This document shows positions 27,066-36,513 of a stretch of DNA of 43,095 bases, one piece after another; positions within the stretch are counted from its first letter, which is position 1; the number at the start of each line of letters is the position of its first letter. Below the pieces are notes generated by a model. The model was not told the origin of the DNA, made no database searches, and saw only the letters and a list, made by a program, of their open reading frames with translations. The translations under genes were made by a program, and so were the position numbers. The stretch comes from a virus. The DNA lies in the UHGV virus genome UHGV-1678524, one strand, 5' to 3'.

Positions 27066-27809
27066 TTAAATCTTCAGGATAGCTCTTAGCTTGCTCTCAA
27101 GGTCTGCAAGAGTACCATTATTATGAATAATGTCACGCTCATATTTTGTAGAAATTCCATTCTCTGAAACATGTGACGAAACTTTGTCCACATTGTCTCT
27201 TTTTACTTCAATGGTTTGGTGTGCAAATCTACTCAGCCACTCAGCTTCAGAGTCAAATCTTAAATCACTGATTAAAACAACACCTTCTTGGTTTCTAAGT
27301 GAGCAAACATCAAAGAAATTTACCATTCGTTTTTCGAGGTCTTTAGCCCAGAACTTGTCACCCATAACTTTACGGATGACTTCAGTGCCCCAAATCTGTT
27401 GAATTTGTCTTGATGAGAATTTATACTTTTTGCTAAACCCCAGACGTGTCAATAGAGTCGGTTTAGCAACCTTCTTAAGCTCCATGATTAAGCGTCCTGT
27501 CAATTCCGACATAAGCTTAAAATCCATATGGTAACGCTCACCTTTGAAGGTAAACTCCATAGCTTCTGTAACTTTGAACATCAGTTCAGGATATGATAAG
27601 TCAAAAACCTGTGGAGTCTCTTTAGTTTCACCATACAGGTCATTCCAAGTTAGGTCAAATATCCTTGATGCAGATAGCTTAAGGTTGTCTGCATAGGCCA
27701 TTACCGCAACATTGTAGCCGTACTCATCCTCTAAGATGTTCTTCACAATCGAACATGAGGTGTCTTTTCCAGAGCGTGCCTTTCCAGTAAATGCAATAAT
27801 ATTACTCAT
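27066..27809 (-). CDS. Deoxynucleoside monophosphate kinase-like P-loop kinase
   Basis: N-terminus IIAFTGKARSGKDT resembles T4 gp1 dNMP kinase LIFLSGVKRSGKDT. Confidence 0.55.
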   Translation of the reverse strand: MSNIIAFTGKARSGKDTSCSIVKNILEDEYGYNVAVMAYADNLKLSASRIFDLTWNDLYGETKETPQVFDLSYPELMFKVTEAMEFTFKGERYHMDFKLMSELTGRLIMELKKVAKPTLLTRLGFSKKYKFSSRQIQQIWGTEVIRKVMGDKFWAKDLEKRMVNFFDVCSLRNQEGVVLISDLRFDSEAEWLSRFAHQTIEVKRDNVDKVSSHVSENGISTKYERDIIHNNGTLADLESKLRAILKI

Positions 27810-27832
27810 TTTATCTCCCTTAATTACTAAAA

Positions 27833-27858
27833 AGCCCCCAACTAAGGAGGCTTGTAAG
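27833..27858 (-). terminator. Hairpin plus U-tract, minus strand
   Basis: Minus transcript AGCCUCC-uuaguu-GGGGGCU followed by UUUUUAGUAAUU. Confidence 0.4.
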
Positions 27859-27870
27859 ATTTATAAAGAC

Positions 27871-28671
27871 TTAGTGCAGTTGCTCAGCAGACTCTTTTTC
27901 AGCCATAGCTGAGATTTGCTTCACAAAATCATCACCGAAGTTAATGCGTAGTTTCTCTTCAATGATTGAAGCACCAATATTCACCAAAACATCATTGATT
28001 GCTTGCATACTGACACCGCCAGTCATCTCCTCAATGAACTCAATACTCATACCCATCATCTGTGAAAGTTGGATTAGTGCAACGATATTCATCATCGTAG
28101 AGATAGCTGGAATCATCAGTGCAACTTTCACCTGAAGTGGTTCTATATCAGCTACAGAATCATTTTCAACAGCTTCTTCCAAAGACTCTTTAGTTTGCTG
28201 GATAATCTCTCTGATTCGTGGGTTTAACTCTTCTACACCCCAATCAAGTTTTTCATATCGTGACAGCTTCTCTTCCATGCGCTTCTCAAGAGCAGCCATA
28301 ACAGCACTTGTTGATGCAATGATTGTATCAATAAGGGAATCAGTATCCTGAGTCAGCAACAGTTCTTTATTTTCGTCTGACATCCTGATATAGTCATTCT
28401 TTTGCATTTCATAAAAAATGAACTCAGCAAGTGCGTCAACACCAACAGCGATAGATGCCAGAGCTAGTGAAGTGTCTGTCAACATCATGTTAACCTGTTC
28501 TGCAAAAGCACCATTATCAGACTTATCTTTAGGCAAGTTATAGCTTGCAGGCATAAACTGTTCTGTGTAGTTGTTTCCACGAAGAATCATAGCCATGCTT
28601 TCTACGGCATTGATTAAGAATGCTTCGTCAATACCTTTTTCTTTAAGCATTTGGTCTACAGTAGTGTTCAT
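27871..28671 (-). CDS. Hypothetical protein
   Basis: 266-aa ORF. Confidence 0.4.
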   Translation of the reverse strand: MNTTVDQMLKEKGIDEAFLINAVESMAMILRGNNYTEQFMPASYNLPKDKSDNGAFAEQVNMMLTDTSLALASIAVGVDALAEFIFYEMQKNDYIRMSDENKELLLTQDTDSLIDTIIASTSAVMAALEKRMEEKLSRYEKLDWGVEELNPRIREIIQQTKESLEEAVENDSVADIEPLQVKVALMIPAISTMMNIVALIQLSQMMGMSIEFIEEMTGGVSMQAINDVLVNIGASIIEEKLRINFGDDFVKQISAMAEKESAEQLH

Positions 28672-28672
28672 A

Positions 28673-29095
28673 TTATTTCTCTCTCAGTTGGTTAAGTTTC
28701 TTTCTAGAACATTTTAAGTTTTCTGATGAAGAAAAGTCAAGTGTCTTTTCAGAACGTGGATAGTAATGCCTATCCCAAGAAGTTTCAACATCATTAATTA
28801 GTGACGCTAGATTACACAGGTCTGTACCACTTTGCAACCTCTTTTTAAGAGAATCTAGTAAAGCAACTGTGTCTTTAGCTTTACGCCTCGCTGTAGCAAC
28901 ATCTTTCATATGCTCAAATACAGAGCATTTTAAGTCATCTTCATAGTTTTCAGACAACTCTATCTCATGTTGTATATCAACCATTCTCCTGTGATGGTGA
29001 GCATATTCCCGTTGAGCAGCAATGTCAAGTTCTTCCAACTTCTGCAAAGCTCTAACAAAGTCAGCTATGTCTGGGTGAACAAACATTTTCTGCAT
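28673..29095 (-). CDS. Hypothetical protein
   Basis: 140-aa ORF; first gene of the minus-strand block. Confidence 0.4.
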   Translation of the reverse strand: MQKMFVHPDIADFVRALQKLEELDIAAQREYAHHHRRMVDIQHEIELSENYEDDLKCSVFEHMKDVATARRKAKDTVALLDSLKKRLQSGTDLCNLASLINDVETSWDRHYYPRSEKTLDFSSSENLKCSRKKLNQLREK

Positions 29096-29352
29096 GTAAG
29101 CCTCTTTTAAGTAACTATTAAGTTTTAATCTTTTATCTTAACGTATTCTATACGTTATACTTTAAAGCTTTTTAAAAGCTATTAAATAATCTTTTAAGAG
29201 TTTTAAAGTATCTGTATAGTTAAACTGTTAAGTAACCTTTTAAGTAAAAACCCACTTCGCAAAGATTAACACCTTGTCAAGTACATTGTCAACTTGCTTT
29301 TTATAATTTTTTGCAGTAATGTATGAGGTTAATGATTTTAGAGGGAGTAAAA
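29096..29352. promoter_or_regulatory. AT-rich divergent intergenic region (probable bidirectional promoter region)
   Basis: 257-nt AT-rich spacer between divergently oriented blocks; minus strand has tandem TTGACA hexamers (GTTGACAATGTACTTGACAAGG); RBS GAGGGAG precedes the polymerase ATG at 29353. Confidence 0.35.
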
Positions 29353-31495
29353 ATGGAAAACGTAGATTTTAAAAACTTACATTTGGTTGGTGATACAGAA
29401 ACTGATGGTTTACTCCTTGAGTTCACTAAAGTGCACGTAATGGCTTTCGCAGACTATAAATCTGACGATGAAGAGCCACCTGTATGGGTCTTTACAGATG
29501 AACCTATCCTCGGTCACAAGTATACCAAGTACATTAAGGGTGGCTTACGTGAAGGTGTTGAATTTGCGTTAAAGGCAAAACGTCTTTGCATCCATAACGG
29601 TCTCGGTTATGACTGGTGGGTTTTTAATCACATTGCACCTGATTTATGGAACTTTGATAATCCAAAGTGTAAGCCGTGGAGTAATTTCTTTCAGGATTCT
29701 CTTATCCAGTCTCGTGTTCAGTGGATGGATAGACCAACTCCAAAGGGTTATAAAGGTGCTCATGGCTTGGCTGCATGGGGTGCTCGTGTTGGTGTTCGTA
29801 AGCCAGAGATTGAGCATTGGGGTGTGTGGAATGCAGAAATCTTCACTCGTGTTGTAGAAGATATTCGTATTAACGCCAAAACTAAACGGGCACTTGATAA
29901 CGAGTATCTCAAGCTTAAGAAGTGTGGTATAGACACTTATGAAACCTACATGCGAGCTAAAGAAACATCTTTCTGGATGAGTCAACAGGCTATCAATGGT
30001 TGGAAAGCTGATAAAGAACTTATGGAGTTCCATGTAAAGGAACTTGACAAGTTGACTAATGAGCTTGCTTCAGAGGTTGAACCACATCTACCTCCAACTA
30101 TTAAGACCAAAGGTAAAGTCACTGGAGAAGAGTTTGCAAAAGCTTGGAATGAGTATGTTGAAACATTCGGTCATGCAGATGGACTGAAGAGAATTACCAA
30201 GTACCCTAAGACAAAGTATCGTCAACAGGTGCGTAACGGTGAGATGCAGACATACGAAATCAAGCCATTTGGTAAGCCAACTACAAAGATTTTTAACATT
30301 GAAAAGAGAAATTGCTATACACCAACCAACTCTGTAACTGGTGAAGAGTACAAGGAAGGTTTTGTAGCAATGAAGGATGCTCGTGCAATTTGCAACGAGT
30401 TGAATGCAAAGATTGGTAAGAAATGCAAAGACTGGAAGCCAGTAAAAACAGTTAAGACTGTGAAGTACTATAACAGCCATGTTGTTAACCACTTTGAGCT
30501 TGAGTCAAGTCGCTACACAGGTTTGATTGATGCACCATATACACCAATTGAGTTCGAAGTTTCTCGTATGACTCAGGTAGCAGTTGTTAAAGACTACTTG
30601 AAATCAGTTGGTTGGATTCCAGATGACTGGAACTACAAGAAAGACTCAGATGGTCGTCCTGTTAAGGTTTGTCGTTTCAAAGACAACAAAAAGATGATTA
30701 CCAAGCATCCTAAGTGGCAGGAGATGGTTGAACGGTGTGGTTTGAGTTATGTTGAACATGAAGGTGTCCAGTACATTGAGCATAACTGGTCTGTGAAGAA
30801 GTACACAGATTTGCTTGAGCCTTGCTTAATCCGTACTTCACCAAAACTTACTGAATCATCTTATGATACGATTGAAGGTGAGCTTGGACAGAAGATTGCT
30901 AAGTACTATACTTTGATGCACCGACGTAGAACTATTGAGAACTCAAAAGATGATGAAAAAGGTTGGTTGAACCAGATTCGTCCTGATGGTCGCCTTAGTG
31001 CTGGTGCAATGGTGTTTGGTACTTCAACTGGACGTATGACACAATATGGTATTGTAAACGTACCGTCTGGTGCTGCTGTCTATGGAGCACCTATGAGGGA
31101 AGTTTGGACTTGTGAAGAAGGTACTAATATTGTTTCAGCCGACATGAATAGCGCCCAACTTGTGCTACTGTGTAACTTTATGGGTGATAAAGATTTCACT
31201 AAAGCAGTGACGGAGGGTAAAGAAGAGGTTGAGTTTGTCAAACAAGAGGATGGTAGATACTATTGCAAACATTTTGACCAGTATCTAAACCCAGCTATTG
31301 ACAAGTATTTACATTATGATTCTGAAAATGACTTATACGTGGTGTACTCAGGGACTGATGCACATACTTTGAATAGTATCTACTTCAGTCTTAATAAAGA
31401 GGAAGACATCTTGACATGTCGAGCTACTCAGGATACAAACCTTCTTCAAGAAATTAGTAAAGGTCGTAAGAAAGCCAAAAATGGCATCTATGCGT
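29353..31495 (+). CDS. DNA polymerase, family A (T7-like), exon 1: 3'-5' exonuclease domain and polymerase domain through the first half of motif B
   Basis: Start at MENVDFK (RBS GAGGGAG upstream). Exo I motif LVGDTETDG; motif A-like SADMNSAQLVLL; ends inside motif B (RKKAKNGIYA). Confidence 0.75.
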
Positions 31496-32297
31496 CAGTG
31501 GCGCATGTAAAACGTTGTGAATTGCTGGAAGCCTAAGTCTGTAAAGATATGGTAATCAGCAGCGAAGTCTCTGTTAGGACTCCTAAAACAAAGGAGAGAG
31601 ACAATGGCAGGTTACGAAGAGAGATTATGCACTGAGTGTGGTACGGAGTTTAAACCATATCAATACAATCAGAAACGGTGCAGAAGTTGTGTATTAAAGT
31701 TTGACAGAAGGGCAGAACACAGGGTTCTTACTAAGAAATGTCCTAGTTGTGAGAAGGTGTTCATGCCGAGAACAGCAAGGCAAGTTTATTGTTCGTCACA
31801 TTGCGGTGAGAAAGGTAGAGTTAAGAATTACTCCCTAAGAACATATGGATTGGAAAGAGAAGAGGTTGAGGCTCTACTCCGTGACTGTGATTACAAATGT
31901 CAAATTTGTGGCGGTGAAGGTTTTATCATGAATGGTTCACGACACAAGGCTAAACTTGTTGTTGACCATGACCATAAAACCGGAAAGGTAAGAGGTATGT
32001 TATGCCACAATTGCAACAGAGCTTTGGGGTTGCTTGCAGATAGTGTTGATAACATGCAAAGAGCAATTGACTATCTAAGTAAATGATATAACTATAGAGA
32101 TTCCTAACAGAGAAACGTTCAGAGACTATCGAAAAGCATACTTAACGTATGAACTGAGTAGAGTAGGGTGGTAAGCTAATGACCATCCCCAAGTGCAACG
32201 GTAGCATCACTGCTACGTGATATAGTCCGACACTCCGTAGAAATGCGGAGAAGTTCATAAGAGAACTGGTACACCTTGCGAGTGTATTGACCAGATG
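31496..32297 (+). mobile_element. Group I intron in the DNA polymerase gene, carrying an HNH endonuclease ORF
   Basis: GUUCAGAGACUA (R, 32117-32128) and GAUAUAGUCC (S, 32219-32228); exon ends in U, intron guide GCGCAU (31501-31506) pairs with exon end AUGCGU; intron ends in G at 32297; in-frame join KNGIYA|LLFGAGDEK restores motif B (cf. T7 AKTFIYGFLYGAGDEK). Confidence 0.7.
31604..32086 (+). CDS. HNH (His-Me finger) homing endonuclease encoded within the polymerase intron
   Basis: 160 aa; several CxxC pairs; C-terminal VVDHDHKTGKVRGMLCHNCNRALG is a classic HNH motif. Confidence 0.75.
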   Translation: MAGYEERLCTECGTEFKPYQYNQKRCRSCVLKFDRRAEHRVLTKKCPSCEKVFMPRTARQVYCSSHCGEKGRVKNYSLRTYGLEREEVEALLRDCDYKCQICGGEGFIMNGSRHKAKLVVDHDHKTGKVRGMLCHNCNRALGLLADSVDNMQRAIDYLSK

Positions 32298-32854
32298 TAT
32301 TGTTCGGGGCTGGCGATGAGAAATTTGCTAAGACGATTAAAGCATCTACAACTGAGGAAGGCGCTTTAACTAAGCAAACATACTTTGTACGTCTCCCTAA
32401 AATTAAGAAGTTGATAGATAATTTAGAAGCAGACTTCAAAGCCACTAAGAAGGCTCTTGAAGAGGTATTTGGTAAGACCGCCGCAATCTCTAAAGGGGGG
32501 TTTGTAAAGGTTGCTGGAGCTTGGTTGTGGTGTAAATCTCCACATAAGTTATTGAATTATTTGCTTATGGGTTCGGAAAGTCAGGTTCAGAATGAAGCCA
32601 TCAACCTCGCTTGTAGAAGAACTTGTGAAGAGGGTCTTACAAAGTTGAATGGTCGAAAACCAGCTATTGGCGCTAGATTGCTTTTAGCATATCACGATGA
32701 GAATAGTTGGGAGTGTCCAGAAGACATGACACAGGATGTTAAAGCAGTAATTGACTGGATGTATGGTCAAGCATCAAGAAATTTAGGGCTTAAGGAGGAA
32801 ACGCTTGTAACTGGTACTGGTAAAGTTGGTAAAAATTGGCTTGAAGTACACTGA
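32298..32854 (+). CDS. DNA polymerase, family A, exon 2 (second half of motif B, motif C, C-terminus)
   Basis: LFGAGDEKFAKT completes motif B; LLAYHDENSWE is motif C-like; C-terminal VGKNWLEVH resembles Pol I-family C-termini. Confidence 0.75.
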
Positions 32855-32860
32855 TTAGTA

Positions 32861-32889
32861 TTGACAAGGTGCTCATGGAAGAGTACCAT
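32861..32889 (+). promoter_or_regulatory. Sigma70-like promoter candidate
   Basis: TTGACA (32861-32866)-17 nt-TACCAT; weak -10. Confidence 0.25.
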
Positions 32890-32915
32890 ATACAATATCT
32901 TATATAGGGGGTTAT

Positions 32916-33128
32916 ATGACACTTGCAGACGTTATTCAGCAACTTCACAACAACTGCTACACTCCAGAGTTGATTCAGGAGATGCTTATTGTAGTGATGC
33001 CTAGTAAGTTCGTAAAAGGTTTTAATCAGGACACTTTAAGGTCTGCGCATATTCTTATTGTTGACGGAAAGATTGCAAGAGACCGTACAGGAGTCCTTAA
33101 GGGTGAACGTATTAGTATTAACCTTTGA
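32916..33128 (+). CDS. Hypothetical protein
   Basis: 70-aa ORF preceded by purine-rich RBS-like sequence. Confidence 0.35.
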   Translation: MTLADVIQQLHNNCYTPELIQEMLIVVMPSKFVKGFNQDTLRSAHILIVDGKIARDRTGVLKGERISINL

Positions 33129-33145
33129 GTATTGGGGATACCAAA

Positions 33146-33301
33146 ATGAAACGCAAAGTAAAATTATTTAGCTTATATGGAAGAGTCGGTAAAGGTTTTG
33201 ATTGGCAACTTCTACGTTCAGATGTTAAAAGCAACGAGTTAGCACAGCTTATTATAAACTATCGACGAACGTACAGAGAGGTAGAGCATCGTGAACAGTA
33301 A
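33146..33301 (+). CDS. Small hypothetical protein (51 aa, absent from ORF track)
   Basis: Manual translation MKRKVKLFSLYGRVGKGFDWQLLRSDVKSNELAQLIINYRRTYREVEHREQ; fills the gap; 3' end overlaps the next ORF. Confidence 0.25.
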   Translation: MKRKVKLFSLYGRVGKGFDWQLLRSDVKSNELAQLIINYRRTYREVEHREQ

Positions 33302-33545
33302 AATTGAAAAGTCTGATGAAGTTATCAGAAGCAAAGACAAAGCTACAGTCCTAATCGCTGACGCTTGGAGCAGAGGCTTAGATTACGAATGGTATCTTAG
33401 TGTATGCCAAGAGTTATCAGTCTCCCCCGTATCAAAAGAAACTTTCGATAAACTCTACGCAGTTTGCCAAGAGGGATACAATGAAGCCATGCTTCAAAAC
33501 TGCATGAGTTTAATCAACCCAAAAGCATCTGACTTATTCTTTTAA
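33291..33545 (+). CDS. Hypothetical protein
   Basis: 84-aa ORF (GTG start in the track). Confidence 0.35.
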   Translation: MNSKIEKSDEVIRSKDKATVLIADAWSRGLDYEWYLSVCQELSVSPVSKETFDKLYAVCQEGYNEAMLQNCMSLINPKASDLFF

Positions 33546-33554
33546 GGTGAAGAT

Positions 33555-33761
33555 ATGCAAGTTCTAGTAAACTACATCTACTGTTATGATACTGTTCACT
33601 CCACTACAACGGTAGCCCAACGTAACCCAATCGTCCCACGGGAAGGTGAGTTGGTTAGAATCGAGGGTTGGACTTACACTGTGGAAAGCATCATTCATAA
33701 GTTTGATGTTGCTGGTGATGTTCAAGTTATAGACGTAGAGATTGGTGGTAAGAGAAAATGA
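33555..33761 (+). CDS. Hypothetical protein
   Basis: 68-aa ORF. Confidence 0.35.
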   Translation: MQVLVNYIYCYDTVHSTTTVAQRNPIVPREGELVRIEGWTYTVESIIHKFDVAGDVQVIDVEIGGKRK

Positions 33762-33949
33762 ACAAAGAAGACAAGCATAAAAATGCTGTACGAACTCCTG
33801 ATGGAAAGGTTCAATCCTTCATCTTGACAGTTGGTGGAAAACCATTCCGTTGTCACTGTGGGGCAAACTGTTTTCATAAGCCAGATAAAAATGACTTAGA
33901 GCTTTACGCATGTAATGCTTGCAATACTTGGTATCACTCAGAGGAATAA
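33758..33949 (+). CDS. Small zinc-ribbon protein
   Basis: 63 aa with CHCGANC ... CNAC cysteine pairs. Confidence 0.35.
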   Translation: MNKEDKHKNAVRTPDGKVQSFILTVGGKPFRCHCGANCFHKPDKNDLELYACNACNTWYHSEE

Positions 33950-33950
33950 A

Positions 33951-35051
33951 ATGACAACACTGTACAAACAAAATAAAGATGGCTCTTTCAACGTCTGGTC
34001 ATGTACTGCTGTAGGTGACAAAGTTATTACAACCTACGGTAAAGAAAATGGCAAGATGATGTTTGAAGAGTATACAGCAGAACCTAAAAACATTGGTAAA
34101 AAGAATGAGCGTAATGCTGAACAGCAAGCTCTCTTTGAAGTTGCTGCTAAGTATAAAAAGCAAGTTGACCGCAAAGGTTATGCTTACACAAAAGAGTCTG
34201 CACAGAATACTGAGAAGGTAGGTGTACAGCTTGCTCATGATGCTGCAAAGGTTAGTCATGCAAAGTATCTGAAGTTCCCTGCTGATGCTCAACCGAAGCT
34301 TGATGGTGTTCGTTGTAGAATTTCAAGAGATGCTAATTCAGTTAACTTCACGGCTTATTCTCGTGAGAATACTGTTTACAGCGTTCCAGAAGAGCTAATC
34401 CCAGATTTACTTTTGTTGCTAAAACTTCATCCACAAGTTGAAGACTTTGATGGTGAGATTTATGCTCATGGTTGGGACTTAGAAGATATTGTATCCATGA
34501 TTAAGAATGTTGACAATCCAGACCGTAACCTTCTTAAATTCTACTGGTATGATATCTGTGACAATTCAAAATCTTGGCCTGAGCGTCGTGAAGTTATTGA
34601 TAGTTCACCTATTGTTGAGCTTGGGGATACCTGTAGAGTGGTTCCTGTACAGACTATCCGTGTAAATTCTTGGGAAGAGTTTGATGAAGCCCATGATAAG
34701 TGGGTTGAAGCTCAGTTTGAAGGTGCAATGTACCGTTCAATCTCTGAAGACTCATTCTATGAGTGTTGTCACCGTTCATACTTCTTGATTAAGCACAAGA
34801 AGATGCACACTGAAGAGTTTAAAGTGACTGGTGTAAAGACTGATAAACGTGGTCATGGTAAGTTCGTTGTAGAGACTCTTCCTAACGTCTTTGTAGATGT
34901 CTCATGGAAGACTACTCATGAGAAGAAACAGTATCTTGCTGAGCATCCTGATGAGTTTATCGGGAAGCCTTTAACAGTACAGTTCCAGAAGATGACTCGT
35001 AAGGGTTCTTTACAGTTCCCTGTCGGGCTAGTTATTAGGGATTATGAGTAA
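33951..35051 (+). CDS. ATP-dependent DNA ligase
   Basis: Start at MTTLYKQ (RBS GAGGAA upstream); KxDG adenylation motif in QPKLDGVRCR; size typical of T7-type phage ligases. Confidence 0.75.
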   Translation: MTTLYKQNKDGSFNVWSCTAVGDKVITTYGKENGKMMFEEYTAEPKNIGKKNERNAEQQALFEVAAKYKKQVDRKGYAYTKESAQNTEKVGVQLAHDAAKVSHAKYLKFPADAQPKLDGVRCRISRDANSVNFTAYSRENTVYSVPEELIPDLLLLLKLHPQVEDFDGEIYAHGWDLEDIVSMIKNVDNPDRNLLKFYWYDICDNSKSWPERREVIDSSPIVELGDTCRVVPVQTIRVNSWEEFDEAHDKWVEAQFEGAMYRSISEDSFYECCHRSYFLIKHKKMHTEEFKVTGVKTDKRGHGKFVVETLPNVFVDVSWKTTHEKKQYLAEHPDEFIGKPLTVQFQKMTRKGSLQFPVGLVIRDYE

Positions 35052-35054
35052 ACT

Positions 35055-35201
35055 ATGTTAAGTACAATCATTCTGTTTGCATTAGTTGTCTTTGTGTTGT
35101 CTTACATCACAAGTAAACTTTTGAACACATCCTTTGCAATGGGTGTTTTGTTCACAATCTTTTGTTTTGTAACACATATAGCTATCAGGACTTTTATATA
35201 A
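35055..35201 (+). CDS. Small hydrophobic membrane peptide (48 aa, absent from ORF track)
   Basis: Manual translation MLSTIILFALVVFVLSYITSKLLNTSFAMGVLFTIFCFVTHIAIRTFI; two predicted TM segments; starts 4 nt after the ligase stop. Confidence 0.25.
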   Translation: MLSTIILFALVVFVLSYITSKLLNTSFAMGVLFTIFCFVTHIAIRTFI

Positions 35202-35208
35202 AAAGTTG

Positions 35209-35236
35209 TTGACATAGAAAATTTGGTGAGTATACT
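35209..35236 (+). promoter_or_regulatory. Near-consensus sigma70-like promoter
   Basis: TTGACA (35209-35214)-16 nt-TATACT (35231-35236); followed by an 8-bp inverted repeat GGTGAGTA...TACTCACC. Confidence 0.4.
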
Positions 35237-35310
35237 GAGCAGCATAAACCAACGGGTACTCACCAGCATCACTTAAGAGTCTTCTAAGAGGGTTTTTAAG
35301 TGATGTTCTG

Positions 35311-35490
35311 TAGGGTTAGGTTCGGTTTGGTATGGTCTGGTATGGCTGGGTTGGGTCTGGTTTGGTGAGGGTAGTTAGTCTCAACTACATTAAAATGAGA
35401 CTTACCTTTTTAAAAGGTCTTTAAAGAGGGTCTTTTAATAAGGCGGGGTGCGGCTCGGTCTGGTTGTGTGATGTTCGGCTTGGTTAGGTA
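35311..35490 (+). repeat. Degenerate GT-rich short-period repeats (GGTNTGGT-like units) in a non-coding region
   Basis: Tracts such as GGTTAGGTTCGGTTTGGTATGGTCTGGTATGGCTGGGTTGGGTCTGGTTTGGTGAGGG and GGCTCGGTCTGGTTGTGTGATGTTCGGCTTGGTTAGG; no ORF; between hairpins. Confidence 0.4.
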
Positions 35491-35549
35491 ATGTATGGAA
35501 GGATGGCAGTAGCCTTATAAAAAATCTGCCAAATAAGCTATAAAATCTG

Positions 35550-35578
35550 TTGACAAGTCAGGTGTTATAGCTTATTTT
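35550..35578 (+). promoter_or_regulatory. Sigma70-like promoter candidate upstream of the 35623 operon
   Basis: TTGACA (35550-35555)-17 nt-TATTTT; RBS GAGG precedes ATG at 35623. Confidence 0.3.
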
Positions 35579-35622
35579 TATACTCAATGTAATACAAAAT
35601 TTAATATAACTTTGAGGTCATT

Positions 35623-36006
35623 ATGAAAAAGATTTTATTAGCTGCTGCAATGGTTATGGCAATGAATTTACCAGTCAATGCAACAGAACTCCCAAATGTG
35701 GACTTGTCAGGTGTTCCAGAAGATACTTGCCAGATTGTAAAAGGTGTTGCTCTAGCTAATGGTGAGCTACTGAAACCAATCTCTGAAGAGTCTTTAACAG
35801 AGATGACTGATAAGGTAACTGACTATCAGTATCGTGTTCTTGCAGAGTATTTCCTACAATCTGCAAACATTAAAGAGAAACACCATGATGATATTGATGT
35901 ACAGGCTATGCTCAACCATCGTATCCAGTTTAAAGAAGATTTGATGCAAAAAGCTATGTATGGTGTTGAGTATTTCTTAGAAAACAGAAGCTGCACAGGT
36001 ATTTGA
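35623..36006 (+). CDS. Secreted/periplasmic protein with signal peptide
   Basis: MKKILLAAAMVMAMNLPVNA signal-peptide-like N-terminus. Confidence 0.45.
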   Translation: MKKILLAAAMVMAMNLPVNATELPNVDLSGVPEDTCQIVKGVALANGELLKPISEESLTEMTDKVTDYQYRVLAEYFLQSANIKEKHHDDIDVQAMLNHRIQFKEDLMQKAMYGVEYFLENRSCTGI

Positions 36007-36007
36007 T

Positions 36008-36220
36008 ATGGCTCTTAAAAAGTTACATCCCAGAAGTGGTTATGGTAAGATAATTGACGATACAGACGGCTTTACAGTCTTTACAGTCATCTGTCAAGAT
36101 GATTCACAGATTGAAAAGGCTCTTGACGATTATCTTAACGATGAACGTGAAAAGATTAGGGCTACAAACATAGATTCATTGATTGACACTTCACGCAAAC
36201 GGAAGAAGAAAGATGGATGA
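36008..36220 (+). CDS. Hypothetical protein
   Basis: 70-aa ORF. Confidence 0.35.
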   Translation: MALKKLHPRSGYGKIIDDTDGFTVFTVICQDDSQIEKALDDYLNDEREKIRATNIDSLIDTSRKRKKKDG

Positions 36221-36512
36221 GGTTTTTGACCCTTATGCCCCACAAGATGATTGGGAGGCTGATAGAGAGGCTGAAATGGAGAGTTATGTTTGTCCAATGA
36301 ATGTAGACGAAATGAGAGACTTCGTTGCACATCGTTTTAAGAGAGAGATTAAATCCAGAGGTCTTTCTCAAGAGCAAGTTGCTAAAATTTGTGGTATCTC
36401 TCAGTCTCGTGTATCCAACATAATCCATCTCACTGGTAACGTCTCCCTTGAGTATATGTTGGAAGTGTGTGAAAAATTTGGTGTTAATTTCAATTTAAGG
36501 TTGGCAGATTAA
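36213..36512 (+). CDS. Helix-turn-helix DNA-binding protein (start likely at MDEVFDP)
   Basis: C-terminal LSQEQVAKICGISQSRVSNII resembles an XRE-type HTH. Confidence 0.4.
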   Translation: MDEVFDPYAPQDDWEADREAEMESYVCPMNVDEMRDFVAHRFKREIKSRGLSQEQVAKICGISQSRVSNIIHLTGNVSLEYMLEVCEKFGVNFNLRLAD

Positions 36513-36513
36513 T

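Noticed and set aside
29609-30492. Short plus- and minus-strand ORFs inside the DNA polymerase exon 1 (29609-29857, 29644-30033, 30088-30492)
   Set aside because: Embedded in a conserved polymerase coding region in alternate frames or antisense; no independent support.
31496-32297. Intein or programmed frameshift as the explanation for the split polymerase
   Set aside because: The intervening region has stop codons in the polymerase frame, an independent HNH ORF with its own start, and group I R/S elements; this fits an intron, not an in-frame intein or a frameshift.
35202-35622. Possible tRNA gene(s) in the long non-coding region
   Set aside because: Large phages of this type often carry tRNA clusters, but I could not fold a cloverleaf with a 7-bp acceptor stem and T-loop consensus (GTTCRANYC) here by eye; needs a tRNAscan run to exclude.
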